NCBI GenBank assembly: GCA_963997635.1
Contig: CAXEND010000013.1
Location: 1,279-65,278 of the forward strand
Direction of reading: 5' to 3'
From: an uncultured Rhodospirillaceae bacterium
GTDB taxonomy: Bacteria > Pseudomonadota > Alphaproteobacteria > UBA828
DNA length: 64,000 bases
This document shows positions 1-10,205 of the stretch, piece by piece. Every line of letters starts with the position of its first letter. Within the stretch, counting starts at the first letter, position 1. The notes below the pieces were generated by a model, which did no database searches, was not told where the DNA came from, and saw only the letters and a program-made list of their open reading frames with translations. A program made the position numbers and the translations under genes.

Positions 1-15
1 ATATCAGGTGAATAA

Positions 16-738
16 ATGTCATCAGCATTAAAATTTCGCCGTATTTTGCTTAAAGTTTCTGGAGAATCACTCATGGGTAATGCCCCCTATGGGATAGATC
101 CAGGAACAGTTAAGCGCATAGCACAAGATATTTTAGAAATTCACCAAAAAGGTATAGAAATATCAATAGTTGTAGGCGGAGGGAATATATACCGTGGAAT
201 TTCAGGCGCAGCTGCAGGGATGGAACGAGCAAGTGCAGACTATATAGGGATGCTTGCAACGGTAATGAATGCTTTAGCAATGCAACATGCATTAGAGGAA
301 ATTGGAGTGACAACAAGGGTTTTATCAGCTATTCCGATGGAAACAATATGTGAACCTTATATAAGACGAAGAGCTGTAAGGCACATGGAACGGGAACGTC
401 TTGTTATTTTTGCGGCTGGCACTGGCAATCCTTATTTCACAACTGATACAGCAGCTGCTCTTAGAGCAGCCGAAATGGGTTGTGATGCTTTATTTAAAGC
501 TACAAAAGTTGATGGAGTATACTCTTCTGACCCCGAGGCAAATCCAGATGCAAAAAAATTTAAAAACCTTAAATACCTAGACGTACTATCAAAAGACCTT
601 AAGGTAATGGATGCATCTGCAATATCTTTAGCTCGAGAAAATAATATCCCTATTGTAGTATTTTCTATTTTAGAAATGGGTGGACTTGGGCGTATATTCA
701 ATGGTGAAGGAGACTTCACGCTCATTAATGATGGATAG
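16..738 (+). CDS. pyrH: UMP kinase
   Basis: 240 aa ORF with the amino-acid kinase fold and a GGGNIYRG glycine loop. Its position upstream of frr is conserved. The window starts just after a stop codon (taa 13-15), probably the end of tsf. Confidence 0.93.
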   Translation: MSSALKFRRILLKVSGESLMGNAPYGIDPGTVKRIAQDILEIHQKGIEISIVVGGGNIYRGISGAAAGMERASADYIGMLATVMNALAMQHALEEIGVTTRVLSAIPMETICEPYIRRRAVRHMERERLVIFAAGTGNPYFTTDTAAALRAAEMGCDALFKATKVDGVYSSDPEANPDAKKFKNLKYLDVLSKDLKVMDASAISLARENNIPIVVFSILEMGGLGRIFNGEGDFTLINDG

Positions 739-746
739 TGACTACC

Positions 747-1304
747 ATGAATGAAAATTTACTCAATGACCTAGAAAGAAGAATGAACAGTTCAATAGAT
801 GTTCTTAAAAAAGAATTTCAAGGCCTACGAACAGGTCGTGCTACTGCAAGCCTTTTAGAACCAATTACTGTAGAAGCTTATGGATCTGAATTGCCAATTA
901 ATCAAGTTGCCACAATCAGTGCTCCAGAAGTAAGAATGTTAAATGTTCAAGTTTGGGACCAATCTCAGATTCAAACTGTGGAAAAAGCAATTCAGAATGC
1001 AAACTTGGGTTTAAACCCAATAATTGATGGACAGATACTTAGAATTCCAATACCTGAACTTAATGAGGAAAGACGGATAGAATTAGCTAAAGTTGCGGCA
1101 AAGTATACTGAAGAATCCAGAATAGCCATAAGAAATATTCGACGTGATGGAATAGATAAATTAAAGAAAGATGAGAAGTCTGGTGGTATAGGTGAAGACG
1201 AATCAAGATCTATTGCAGATAAAATTCAAAAACTTACAGACAGTTCCATTAATCAGGTAAATGAGCTTCTTAGCACTAAGGAAGCCGAAATTATACAGGT
1301 TTAA
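747..1304 (+). CDS. frr: ribosome recycling factor
   Basis: The ORF track opens at GTG 738, but the ATG at 747 (MNENLLNDLERRM...) aligns with the N-terminus of canonical Frr. The protein is homologous over its full length, including the RTGRA motif. Confidence 0.92.
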   Translation: MNENLLNDLERRMNSSIDVLKKEFQGLRTGRATASLLEPITVEAYGSELPINQVATISAPEVRMLNVQVWDQSQIQTVEKAIQNANLGLNPIIDGQILRIPIPELNEERRIELAKVAAKYTEESRIAIRNIRRDGIDKLKKDEKSGGIGEDESRSIADKIQKLTDSSINQVNELLSTKEAEIIQV

Positions 1305-1305
1305 T

Positions 1306-2043
1306 ATGGATCCTGCCACCGCCACAATTAATCAGATACCTAAAGAAATACCAAACCATATTGCAATAATCATGGATGGTAATGGAAGGTGGGCTAAAGC
1401 TAGAGGCTTGCCTCGAATAGCAGGTCATCAAAAGGGAGCTGAAGCTCTTCGGTCAACAATACAAGCATGCATAGACTTAAAAATAAATTACCTAACTATT
1501 TATGCATTTTCATCAGAAAACTGGAAAAGGCCATCTAGTGAAGTTTCTGACTTGATGGCCTTATTGCAGAATTATGTCAAAAACGAAATTAATGAAATCT
1601 CTACAAATAAAATAAAATTAAATTTCATAGGTGAAAGAAAGCGATTGGATGAAAGTGTCCAAACAACTTTAAGAGATGCAGAGCATAAGACTAAAAATAA
1701 TAAACGACTAACCTTAACTGTAGCCTTGAACTATGGAGGACAACAAGAAATTCTTGAAGCAGTTAAAGATCTTGGACACGATATGATAAATGGGATAATT
1801 AAACCCAGTGATATCAACGAGGAGATTTTTAAAAACTATCTTCAAACATCTGACATACCAGAGCCTGATTTATTAATTCGCACAAGTGGAGAACAGCGCC
1901 TCTCAAATTTTCTATTATGGCAATCAGCATATACTGAATTCGCCTTCACTCCAACTTTATGGCCTGATTTCAACAGAGATTGCTTGGAATCTATAATTCA
2001 TGAATACCAACGAAGAGATCGTAGGTATGGTGGCACAGGATAA
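1306..2043 (+). CDS. uppS: undecaprenyl diphosphate synthase (cis-prenyltransferase)
   Basis: DGNGRWA motif (IIMDGNGRWAKARG). The ATG at 1306 (MDPATATINQ) is the likely start. The ORF opens earlier and overlaps the end of frr. Confidence 0.9.
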   Translation: MDPATATINQIPKEIPNHIAIIMDGNGRWAKARGLPRIAGHQKGAEALRSTIQACIDLKINYLTIYAFSSENWKRPSSEVSDLMALLQNYVKNEINEISTNKIKLNFIGERKRLDESVQTTLRDAEHKTKNNKRLTLTVALNYGGQQEILEAVKDLGHDMINGIIKPSDINEEIFKNYLQTSDIPEPDLLIRTSGEQRLSNFLLWQSAYTEFAFTPTLWPDFNRDCLESIIHEYQRRDRRYGGTG

Positions 2044-2872
2044 CAATTTAAAGACAAGAGTTTTAACTAGCATACCTCTTATACTGTTAGTACTTGTTTG
2101 CATATATTTTGGCGAATATCCATTTCTTATGCTTTGTTGTTTTGTAAGTTCATTGATTGCATTAGAAGCTATAAAACTTTTGTCTAGTAATGGAAAAACT
2201 TTACTAAATTTTTTTTCAGCGATCAGCATATTTGGAACAAGTTTAATTACTCATACAGGTTATACAGATCCTTGGGCATACATCTTCGGTGCAGTTAGTT
2301 GCACCATAATAATAATATTTTATTATACGATGAATCCAAAAATTAAACCTTTTAAATTGTTTGTATTTTCAGCCATAATTTTAATATCAATAATTTTTGC
2401 GACCATAGGTCCATGGTTAAGGAACACTCCAGATGGTCTAGTTTTTGTATTTTGGCTATGTCTGGCAGTATGGATAAATGATATAGCTTCTTATGGTTTA
2501 GGACGTCTTATAGGTGGACCTAAATTATTACCATCCATAAGTCCTAAAAAAACAATTTCTGGTGCACTTGGCGGTGTTATATTTACCGTAATCTTCTCAA
2601 TTTTATGGTTTTTTATAACAACTAGAACAGGTTTAATAAATAAAGATAATAACATAATAACTCTAGCCATTTTAGGTTTTGTAATTTCAATTATAGCACA
2701 AATAGGTGACCTGATTGAGTCAGCATTCAAAAGGAAAATAGGTATAAAAGATACCAGCAACTTGATACCAGGACACGGTGGTATTATGGATAGAATGGAT
2801 AGTTTAGTGTTTGCTGTCTTAATTTGTGCACCAGCAATGTGGATTATAGGTGAAAAACCACTTTCATGGTGA
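2028..2872 (+). CDS. cdsA: phosphatidate cytidylyltransferase
   Basis: Multi-pass membrane protein with the CdsA signature near its C-terminus (KRKIGIKDTSNLIPGHGGIMDRMDS). The ATG at 2028 overlaps the uppS stop. Confidence 0.88.
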
Positions 2873-2950
2873 TATACAAGGTATTTATAAAAAAATATAA
2901 TAAAAATTTTGGCTACAAGGGAAAATTTCTATATAAAGTAATAATCACAA

Positions 2951-2970
2951 TTAGTTACAATTAGTTACAG
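2951..2970. repeat. tandem direct repeat 2 x 10 bp (TTAGTTACAA/TTAGTTACAG) in the same spacer
   Basis: Read directly from the sequence. It is preceded by a related 10-mer, TAATCACAA. Confidence 0.7.
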
Positions 2971-3039
2971 CCCCTTTGCCAAACTTGCATTGCTATAAAG
3001 CTGTGCTTAAAATTACGGGTATATAACTTTTTTTTTACG

Positions 3040-3065
3040 AACGTTGACTATCAACGTTGACTATC
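3040..3065. repeat. exact tandem direct repeat 2 x 13 bp (AACGTTGACTATC) containing -35-like TTGACT, in the cdsA-rseP intergenic spacer
   Basis: Read directly from the sequence. Both units are identical. The repeat lies 37 bp upstream of the rseP ATG at 3102. Confidence 0.8.
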
Positions 3066-3101
3066 TAAGTCATACGGAATTATTTGATCGCTGCCTTAAA
3101 G

Positions 3102-4208
3102 ATGGAAACCATAGGAAATATCTGGGATTACGTTTGGCCATTTCTGGTCATCTTAGCTGTAATCGTGTTTGCACACGAGATGGGTCATTATATAGTTGCC
3201 CGGATTAATAAAGTACGCGTTGAAGTATTTTCAATAGGATTTGGGCCAGAAATATTTGGCATTAATGACCGTCATGGAACACGTTGGAAGTTTAGTCTTT
3301 TGCCTCTAGGAGGATATGTAAAATTTTTTGGTGATGCTAACGTAGCGAGTGGACCTGACAAACAAATAGATAACATTAGCCCGGATGAAAAATTATATTC
3401 TTTCCACCATAAGCGTGTTGGACAAAGAGCTGCAATAGTTTTAGGAGGCCCAGCAGCAAATTTCTTATTTGCAATTATACTATTTGCAATTCTCTTTGGT
3501 ACTGTCGGGCAGAGGTATACACCGGCAGAAGTAAATGAGGTAAAGCAAGGCAGTCCTGCTGAGATAGCAGGTCTATTACCAGGTGATAAGATATTAGCTG
3601 TCAATGGTAACGCAATAGATAGGTTTGAGGATCTTCAATATTTGGTTACACAAAGTCCAAATATTAATATGACTTTCCAAATTGATCGATTGGGTCTTAA
3701 AAAAGATATAGATATAAAACCAGAACTAATAGAGCATAAGGATCAATTTGGTACAATTCATAGAATAGGCCAAATCGGAATAATCAAGTCTGGTGTTGAT
3801 TTTAAAACTCATAATGCTGGAGGTGCTATATGGGCTGCAATAGAAGAAACAGCATTTATGACATGGGCAACACTTAAAGCAATTGGTCAAATGATTGGAG
3901 GCAGTAGATCTACCGAGGAACTTGGAGGGCCAATTCGTATAGCTGAAATGAGTGGGCAAGTAGCCCAACAGGGTTTTGTAACTGTATTGTTCTTTATGGC
4001 AGTTTTATCTATAAATTTAGGATTAATTAATTTATTCCCTGTGCCAATGTTAGACGGAGGACACTTAATATTTTATATTTTTGAAGCAATTAGAGGAAAA
4101 CCTTTGAAGCCTAAATTTCAAGAATATGGGCTTCGTTTTGGATTTCTATTAGTAATTATTTTGATGATTTGGGTAACCACTAAAGATGTTATTCGTCTGG
4201 GCTGGTAA
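3102..4208 (+). CDS. rseP: RIP zinc metalloprotease RseP (site-2 protease)
   Basis: HEMGH zinc motif near the N-terminus, a PDZ-like middle region and a C-terminal membrane segment with an LDGGH motif. The ATG at 3102 is the likely start. Confidence 0.88.
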   Translation: METIGNIWDYVWPFLVILAVIVFAHEMGHYIVARINKVRVEVFSIGFGPEIFGINDRHGTRWKFSLLPLGGYVKFFGDANVASGPDKQIDNISPDEKLYSFHHKRVGQRAAIVLGGPAANFLFAIILFAILFGTVGQRYTPAEVNEVKQGSPAEIAGLLPGDKILAVNGNAIDRFEDLQYLVTQSPNINMTFQIDRLGLKKDIDIKPELIEHKDQFGTIHRIGQIGIIKSGVDFKTHNAGGAIWAAIEETAFMTWATLKAIGQMIGGSRSTEELGGPIRIAEMSGQVAQQGFVTVLFFMAVLSINLGLINLFPVPMLDGGHLIFYIFEAIRGKPLKPKFQEYGLRFGFLLVIILMIWVTTKDVIRLGW

Positions 4209-4227
4209 TCAAAAACAAGCGCATCCG

Positions 4228-6528
4228 TTGCGTAAATCTAGGCTTTCTTGTGCGAAACACCCAATTCGCAATTTATTTATAAATTTAGCCTTAACTATTT
4301 GCATTTTTACTTTATACACCTCAGGCTCAATGGCTGCATCTCTTATTGAAAAAATAGAGATTATAGGAAATGAAAGAATAGAAACTGACACAATCAGAAC
4401 GTATCTTCCTATTGAACTAGGACAAGATTTAAAACCTGAATTAAGCAATCGTGCATTAAAAGAATTGTTTGCAACAGGTTTATTTGCGGACGTACTAATT
4501 AAGCAAGTTCAAGGAACCCTTGTAATAGAAGTAATAGAAAATCCAATAATTAATCGTGTGGCTTTTGAAGGCAATGAGCGTATTGACGATGAAACACTTA
4601 ATTCAGAAGTTCAATTAAGACCCCGAGTAGTCTATACAAGAACTAGGGTTCAAACAGACGCACAAAGAATTCTAGAAATTTACAGAAGAAGTGGGAGGTT
4701 TGGTGCTAAAGTAGAACCAAAGGTAATCCAACTGACACAAAATCGAGTTGATTTGATATTTGAAATACGTGAAGGTGACAGTACAGGTATTCATAAAATT
4801 AATTTTATAGGCAACAAACGTTTTTCAGATCGAGCTTTAAGGGATGAAATAATTACATCTGAGTCAGCTTGGTATCGTTTTTTCTCATCTGATGACACAT
4901 ATGACCCAGATAGATTAGCATTTGATCAAGAACTGTTAAGAAAATATTACTTAAAAAACGGATACGCTGATTTCAGAGTAAAATCAACAATAGCAGAACT
5001 GGGCCCTAAAAGAAAAAACTTTCTTATCACTTTTAGTATTGATGAAGGCAAAAGATATCGTTTTGGTAAAATCACTATAGATAGCAGACTTACAGATCTA
5101 AACGCTGAGAATTTAACTACTTTAATCACTACAACACCCGGAGAATGGTATAATGCCGACAAAGTTGAAGATACCATACAGTCACTTACAGACTCCGCTG
5201 GTAATCTTGGCTATGCCTTTGTAGACATCAAACCAATTGTCAGCCGTAACAGAGAAGATATGGATATAGAAATAACATATCAAATCGATGAAGGACCAAG
5301 AGTTTATGTGCAAAGGATAGATATTACAGGTAATACTAGAACTCTTGACAGAGTACTTAGACGAGAATTTCAAATAGTTGAGGGTGATGCTTTTAATTCA
5401 GCAAAAATTAAACGTTCAAAACAACAATTGCAGAATCTTGGTTTTTTTGAAAAGGTGGACATTGCGACCTCTACTGGAGATGAAAAAGATAAATCTATAA
5501 TAACTGTATCTGTACAAGAAAAGTCTACCGGAGAGTTGAGCTTTGGAGCAGGATTATCATCTCAAGATGGTGTTCTTGGTGATATTGGAATTGTAGAACG
5601 AAATTTATTAGGACGTGGGCAATCTTTAAGACTTAACACAACAATTTCTGTAAGAACCCAAGAGTTAGATTTGAGTTTTACTGAACCATATTTCCTCGGC
5701 AAAAATTTGTTAACAGGAATAGATTTATTTAGGAAAACATCAGATCAACAAGATGTAAGTTCTTTTGACATGAAGAGTTTGGGATTTAATACCAGAATTG
5801 GTTACGTAATTTCTGATAATTTTCGTCATACTGTTCGCTACACTCTGAGACGTGATGTTATAAGCGATGTTAGTAATACAGCTTCACGTTTCATAAGGGA
5901 TCAAGAGGGCAAAACAACCACCTCAGCTATAGGACACACCCTTTCTTATGATTTAAGAGATAGTCGATTAGATCCATCCAGTGGATATATTATTCGCTTC
6001 GGTCAAGAACTCGCAGGTATAGGTGGCAGTGTAAAACATTTAAAAAACACTTTTGATTATTCTTATCATTACCCACTTGGTAATGGATTAGTTGCAACTG
6101 CACAGTTAAAGAATGGACACATTGTTGGTATAGGGCAAGATATTAGGGTTAACAATAGGTTTTTACTGGGCGGTCAATCACTTAGAGGATTTGAACCAGG
6201 AGGTGTAGGCCCAAGAGACCTATTAACAGATGATGCATTGGGGGGGAATTTCTTCTACAGTGGTACAGCTGATTTATCTTTCCCCATTAATATAAGTAAA
6301 GATTTTCCAATCAGCGGTTCAGTATTTTCTGATGTTGGAGCACTAACCTCTGTAGATGAAACCGGAGTAAATATTGGGGATTCTGGTGAACCACGACTTT
6401 CTCTAGGTATTGGATTCAGTTATCGCTCACCATTAGGACCTATTCGAATTGATTTTGCAGAAGCAATTATAAAAAAGGATTTTGATGAGACAGAAGGTTT
6501 TCGTTTTAGCTTTGGTACGAGGTTTTAA
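4228..6528 (+). CDS. bamA: outer membrane protein assembly factor BamA
   Basis: About 770 aa with POTRA repeats, a C-terminal beta-barrel and a terminal ...TRF. A TTG at 4228 gives a plausible signal peptide (MRKSRLSCAKHPIRNLFINLALTICIFTLYTSGSMA). The ORF track start at 4186 overlaps rseP. Confidence 0.85.
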   Translation: MRKSRLSCAKHPIRNLFINLALTICIFTLYTSGSMAASLIEKIEIIGNERIETDTIRTYLPIELGQDLKPELSNRALKELFATGLFADVLIKQVQGTLVIEVIENPIINRVAFEGNERIDDETLNSEVQLRPRVVYTRTRVQTDAQRILEIYRRSGRFGAKVEPKVIQLTQNRVDLIFEIREGDSTGIHKINFIGNKRFSDRALRDEIITSESAWYRFFSSDDTYDPDRLAFDQELLRKYYLKNGYADFRVKSTIAELGPKRKNFLITFSIDEGKRYRFGKITIDSRLTDLNAENLTTLITTTPGEWYNADKVEDTIQSLTDSAGNLGYAFVDIKPIVSRNREDMDIEITYQIDEGPRVYVQRIDITGNTRTLDRVLRREFQIVEGDAFNSAKIKRSKQQLQNLGFFEKVDIATSTGDEKDKSIITVSVQEKSTGELSFGAGLSSQDGVLGDIGIVERNLLGRGQSLRLNTTISVRTQELDLSFTEPYFLGKNLLTGIDLFRKTSDQQDVSSFDMKSLGFNTRIGYVISDNFRHTVRYTLRRDVISDVSNTASRFIRDQEGKTTTSAIGHTLSYDLRDSRLDPSSGYIIRFGQELAGIGGSVKHLKNTFDYSYHYPLGNGLVATAQLKNGHIVGIGQDIRVNNRFLLGGQSLRGFEPGGVGPRDLLTDDALGGNFFYSGTADLSFPINISKDFPISGSVFSDVGALTSVDETGVNIGDSGEPRLSLGIGFSYRSPLGPIRIDFAEAIIKKDFDETEGFRFSFGTRF

Positions 6529-6530
6529 TA

Positions 6531-7088
6531 ATGATTAGTCTGCTTATTCGCACAGTAATTAGTATTGGAATTATTTCATGTTTTATGTTTTCTACATTAA
6601 ATAAATCCGATGCAAAGGAAACAACTATTGGGGTTGTTGAGGTTCAACTAATAATGCAACAAGCATTAGCAGCTCAATCAATCCAAACCCAAGTTGAAGA
6701 GAAAAGAGATTTATATGAGTCCATTGTAATTAAAGAAGAAAATAGACTCAGGGAGCTTGAAAAAGAAATTCTTCGTCAAAAGTCTCTTCTTACACCAGAT
6801 TCTTTTGCTAAGAAAAAACAAGAATTTGATAGTCAAGTTACAGCACATAAGCGTTACGTAAGAGAACGTCGCCGTATACTGGATCAAACATATGCTGACG
6901 GCGTCAGACAGGTACAAAAAGAATTAGCAAGCATAATAGCTATAATTGCTCAAGAACGTGGAATATCTCTAGTTATACCTGCCTCGCAGGTTTTGTATGG
7001 GGAGGTTACACTTTTATTGACAAAGGAAGCATTAACTATGCTTAACGATAAGCTTCCTAGAGTTGAACTAGATTTTCCAGAAGACTGA
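6531..7088 (+). CDS. skp: OmpH/Skp periplasmic chaperone
   Basis: 185 aa with a signal peptide and a coiled-coil rich in charged residues. Its position between bamA and lpxD is conserved. Confidence 0.8.
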   Translation: MISLLIRTVISIGIISCFMFSTLNKSDAKETTIGVVEVQLIMQQALAAQSIQTQVEEKRDLYESIVIKEENRLRELEKEILRQKSLLTPDSFAKKKQEFDSQVTAHKRYVRERRRILDQTYADGVRQVQKELASIIAIIAQERGISLVIPASQVLYGEVTLLLTKEALTMLNDKLPRVELDFPED

Positions 7089-7095
7089 TCTACTT

Positions 7096-8121
7096 ATGGC
7101 TGATGAAAAATTTTATAATTTAGCTGGACCCTTTGATTTAAATCATATTGCTCAGCTTGTAGATGCTAAACTATATGAGAAATCAGAACCAAATAAAGTA
7201 ATTTATGACGTTGCTCCATTAGATAAAGCTGAGTCAAATGATCTAAGCTTCTTGGATAATCCAAAATATAGATCTGCTTTTAAAAATACAAAAGCAGGTG
7301 CTTGTATAATACATCCTTCACAGATAAAACATGCCCCAAAGAATTTATCGCTATTAATCACTGAAGACCCCTACAAATCTTATGCTTTAGCCGCTAAGGC
7401 TTTTTATCCTACAATCCGCCCAGAACCATATATTTCTCAATATGCCCACATCGCAGATAATGTACAAATAGGAGAGGGATGCAGAATTGAGGCTGGAGCA
7501 GTTATCAATAGTAATGTCATTATAGGTTCATATTGTCACGTAGAATCTAATGCTGTAATCAGTGCTGCTGTCTCAATAGGGGATGATTGTGTCATTGGTG
7601 CAAATTCAAGCTTATCTCACTGTTCTATAGGAAAACGTGTCAAAATTTATCCAGGTGCAAGAATAGGTCAAGAAGGATTTGGTTTTGCACCAAGTATAAC
7701 AGGGCATACAAAAGTTCCTCAATTAGGAAAAGTTGTAATACATAATGATTGTGAGATAGGTGCTAACACAACCATAGATAGAGGTTCAGGTCCAAATACA
7801 ATAGTAGGCCAGGGAACTTGGCTGGATAACTTAGTACAAATTGGCCATAATGCAAAACTAGGACGTGGATGTATTATGGCATCACAATCAGGTCTTGCTG
7901 GTAGTGCAGAAATTGGTGATTTTGTCTTTATAGGTGGACAAGTAGGTATTTCTGGACATATCAAAATAGGGGATGGAGTTAAAGTTGCCGGACAATCAGG
8001 GGTAATTAAAGATATTCCTCCTGGTTTAACTTACGGTGGAACACCAGCAGTTCCAATTAAAGAATGGCATAGACAAACAAATATTCTTGCAAGTTTAATT
8101 AAATCTAAGGGTGGAAAGTAA
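7096..8121 (+). CDS. lpxD: UDP-3-O-acylglucosamine N-acyltransferase
   Basis: Left-handed beta-helix hexapeptide repeats over 341 aa. It lies in the conserved lpxD-fabZ-lpxA cluster. Confidence 0.9.
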   Translation: MADEKFYNLAGPFDLNHIAQLVDAKLYEKSEPNKVIYDVAPLDKAESNDLSFLDNPKYRSAFKNTKAGACIIHPSQIKHAPKNLSLLITEDPYKSYALAAKAFYPTIRPEPYISQYAHIADNVQIGEGCRIEAGAVINSNVIIGSYCHVESNAVISAAVSIGDDCVIGANSSLSHCSIGKRVKIYPGARIGQEGFGFAPSITGHTKVPQLGKVVIHNDCEIGANTTIDRGSGPNTIVGQGTWLDNLVQIGHNAKLGRGCIMASQSGLAGSAEIGDFVFIGGQVGISGHIKIGDGVKVAGQSGVIKDIPPGLTYGGTPAVPIKEWHRQTNILASLIKSKGGK

Positions 8122-8126
8122 TTTCG

Positions 8127-8597
8127 ATGACTAAAATTTTATTACATGACGAATATGACACCTATGATATAGAAAAAATACTTGAAGCAATACCTCACAG
8201 GTATCCATTTCTTTTGGTCGATAAGGTAATTAAAGTAAAACGCGATGAATCTGCTATAGGAATAAAAAATGTAACTATCAATGAAAATCATTTCCAAGGG
8301 CATTTCCCAAAACGACCTGTAATGCCCGGGGTCTTAATTATTGAATCAATGGCTCAAACTGCAGCTGTTTTAGTAGTTGCTTCTCTTGGGCCTGAGATGG
8401 CAGGTAAATTAGTTTATTTTATGAGTGTAGAAAATTGTAGATTTAGAAAGCCAGTTTTTCCTGGGGATCAAATTCAAATTCATGTCTCAAAAAAACATCG
8501 TAGAAGAAATGTATGGAAATTTGAAGCAACGGCAACAGTTGATAATAAGTCAGTTGCTGAAGCCACTTATTCAGCAATGATATTGGAAGACACATGA
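8127..8597 (+). CDS. fabZ: 3-hydroxyacyl-ACP dehydratase
   Basis: Hotdog-fold protein with the NENHFQGHFPKRPVMPGVL active-site motif. Confidence 0.93.
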   Translation: MTKILLHDEYDTYDIEKILEAIPHRYPFLLVDKVIKVKRDESAIGIKNVTINENHFQGHFPKRPVMPGVLIIESMAQTAAVLVVASLGPEMAGKLVYFMSVENCRFRKPVFPGDQIQIHVSKKHRRRNVWKFEATATVDNKSVAEATYSAMILEDT

Positions 8598-9394
8598 CTA
8601 GAATTCATAGAACTGCAGTAGTTTCAGAGAAAGCTACCATAGGAAAAGATGTAATAATTGGCCCCTATTGTGTAATAGGGGATGATGTCAAGATAGGGAA
8701 TAGCGTTGAATTAATATCTCATATATTTATTGATGGTCATACTGACATAGGTAGCCGAACAAAAATATATCCTTTTGCCTCGATAGGGACACCACCCCAA
8801 GATTTAAAATATAAGGGTGAAATATCAAAACTGAAAATAGGAGAGGATAACATTATACGTGAACATGTAACTATGAATCCAGGCACAGAAGGTGGAGGAC
8901 TAACTACCCAGATCGGAGATAAATGCCTTTTTATGGTTGCAACTCACGTAGCCCATGACTGCATAATTGGCAATAATGTAGTAATGGCTAATAATGCAAC
9001 ATTAGCAGGACATGTAAAAATAAATGATTGGGTTATTTTAGGTGGATTATCTGCTGTTCATCAATTTGTTCGCATCGGTAGACATGCTATTATTGGAGGA
9101 GTTACTGGAGTAAGAGATGACGTTATTCCATATGGATCTGTTACTGGTGCACATGGTAAGCTTGCCGGTTTAAATTTAGTAGGCCTAAAACGTCGGGGAT
9201 TCGACAGAGAAACAATTCATGATTTAAGACGTGCGTTTAGACTTTTATTTGCTAATGAAGGTACTATGACAGAACGTGTTACAGATGTAACTGAATTATA
9301 CAGCGGAAATGAACCAGTTATGGATATTGTAAATTTTATCCAATCTGACAGTAGTAGAGCAATATGCCAGCCGCGCGGTGAAAGTGCAGAGTAA
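8594..9394 (+). CDS. lpxA: acyl-ACP--UDP-GlcNAc O-acyltransferase
   Basis: Hexapeptide repeats over 266 aa. It overlaps the fabZ stop by 4 bp. Confidence 0.9.
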   Translation: MTRIHRTAVVSEKATIGKDVIIGPYCVIGDDVKIGNSVELISHIFIDGHTDIGSRTKIYPFASIGTPPQDLKYKGEISKLKIGEDNIIREHVTMNPGTEGGGLTTQIGDKCLFMVATHVAHDCIIGNNVVMANNATLAGHVKINDWVILGGLSAVHQFVRIGRHAIIGGVTGVRDDVIPYGSVTGAHGKLAGLNLVGLKRRGFDRETIHDLRRAFRLLFANEGTMTERVTDVTELYSGNEPVMDIVNFIQSDSSRAICQPRGESAE

Positions 9395-10205
9395 AATAGG
9401 AATTATTGCAGGTAGTGGGTTACTCCCCCTACGTCTTATTGATTCATGCCGTGAATCTTCAAAACCATATTTTATAATACTATTAGAAGGTGAAGCAAAA
9501 CCTTCTGATTATTATGGTGAGGACTTTTCACTTATACCAATTGGAAGTTTGGGAAAAACCATTAATGCACTTAAAAAATCTAATTGTACTGAAGTTGTTA
9601 TGGCAGGCCCCGTTAAGAGGCCATCTTTGAGCAAACTCAAACTTGACCTAAGAGCAATAAAATTATTAGCAAGATTCGCGAGATCAAAAAATCAAGGAGA
9701 TGACGCACTTCTAAGGATTTTAGTTAAAGAGCTTGAATTAGAAGGTTTTAAAGTAATTGGAGCTGATGAAATACTGGGAAAAGGATCATTAGCAAAAGTT
9801 GGAGTTATGGGAAAGCATGCACCTAACCAAGTTGCATTAGATAACATTAGTTTAGGAATTGAGGTTGCACAGACTCTAGGTAGTCTAGATATAGGTCAAT
9901 CTGTAATTATTCAAGAAAATGTTGTAATTGGAGTGGAAGCAGCAGAAGGAACCGATTCATTAATTCAACGATGTAGGAAACTTCTAAAAGAAGGTTCGCC
10001 TGGAGTATTAGTAAAGGTTAAAAAACCAAATCAGGATCCTAGAGCAGACTTGCCGACTATCGGAGTGAACACAGTAAAAATATCTTTTGAAAGTGGACTT
10101 AGTGGAATTGCTGTAGTTGCAAATAGCACACTAATTATTGATTATGATTCTGTGATTAATGAGGCAAATTCTTTAGGACTCTTTATTTACGGACAAACCC
10201 AATAG
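9378..10205 (+). CDS. lpxI: UDP-2,3-diacylglucosamine hydrolase LpxI (DUF1009 family)
   Basis: 275 aa, in the lpxA-lpxI-lpxB arrangement typical of alphaproteobacteria that use LpxI in place of LpxH. GTG start. Confidence 0.8.
   Translation: MKVQSKIGIIAGSGLLPLRLIDSCRESSKPYFIILLEGEAKPSDYYGEDFSLIPIGSLGKTINALKKSNCTEVVMAGPVKRPSLSKLKLDLRAIKLLARFARSKNQGDDALLRILVKELELEGFKVIGADEILGKGSLAKVGVMGKHAPNQVALDNISLGIEVAQTLGSLDIGQSVIIQENVVIGVEAAEGTDSLIQRCRKLLKEGSPGVLVKVKKPNQDPRADLPTIGVNTVKISFESGLSGIAVVANSTLIIDYDSVINEANSLGLFIYGQTQ

Noticed and set aside
2951-3065. Possible CRISPR or minisatellite
   Set aside because: There are only two copies of each repeat unit and no spacer-repeat alternation, so it is not a CRISPR array.
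4186-4227. Upstream extension of the bamA ORF overlapping the rseP 3' end
   Set aside because: The extension (MLFVWAGNQKQAHPL) lies before the predicted signal peptide. A TTG start at 4228 gives a sensible signal sequence.
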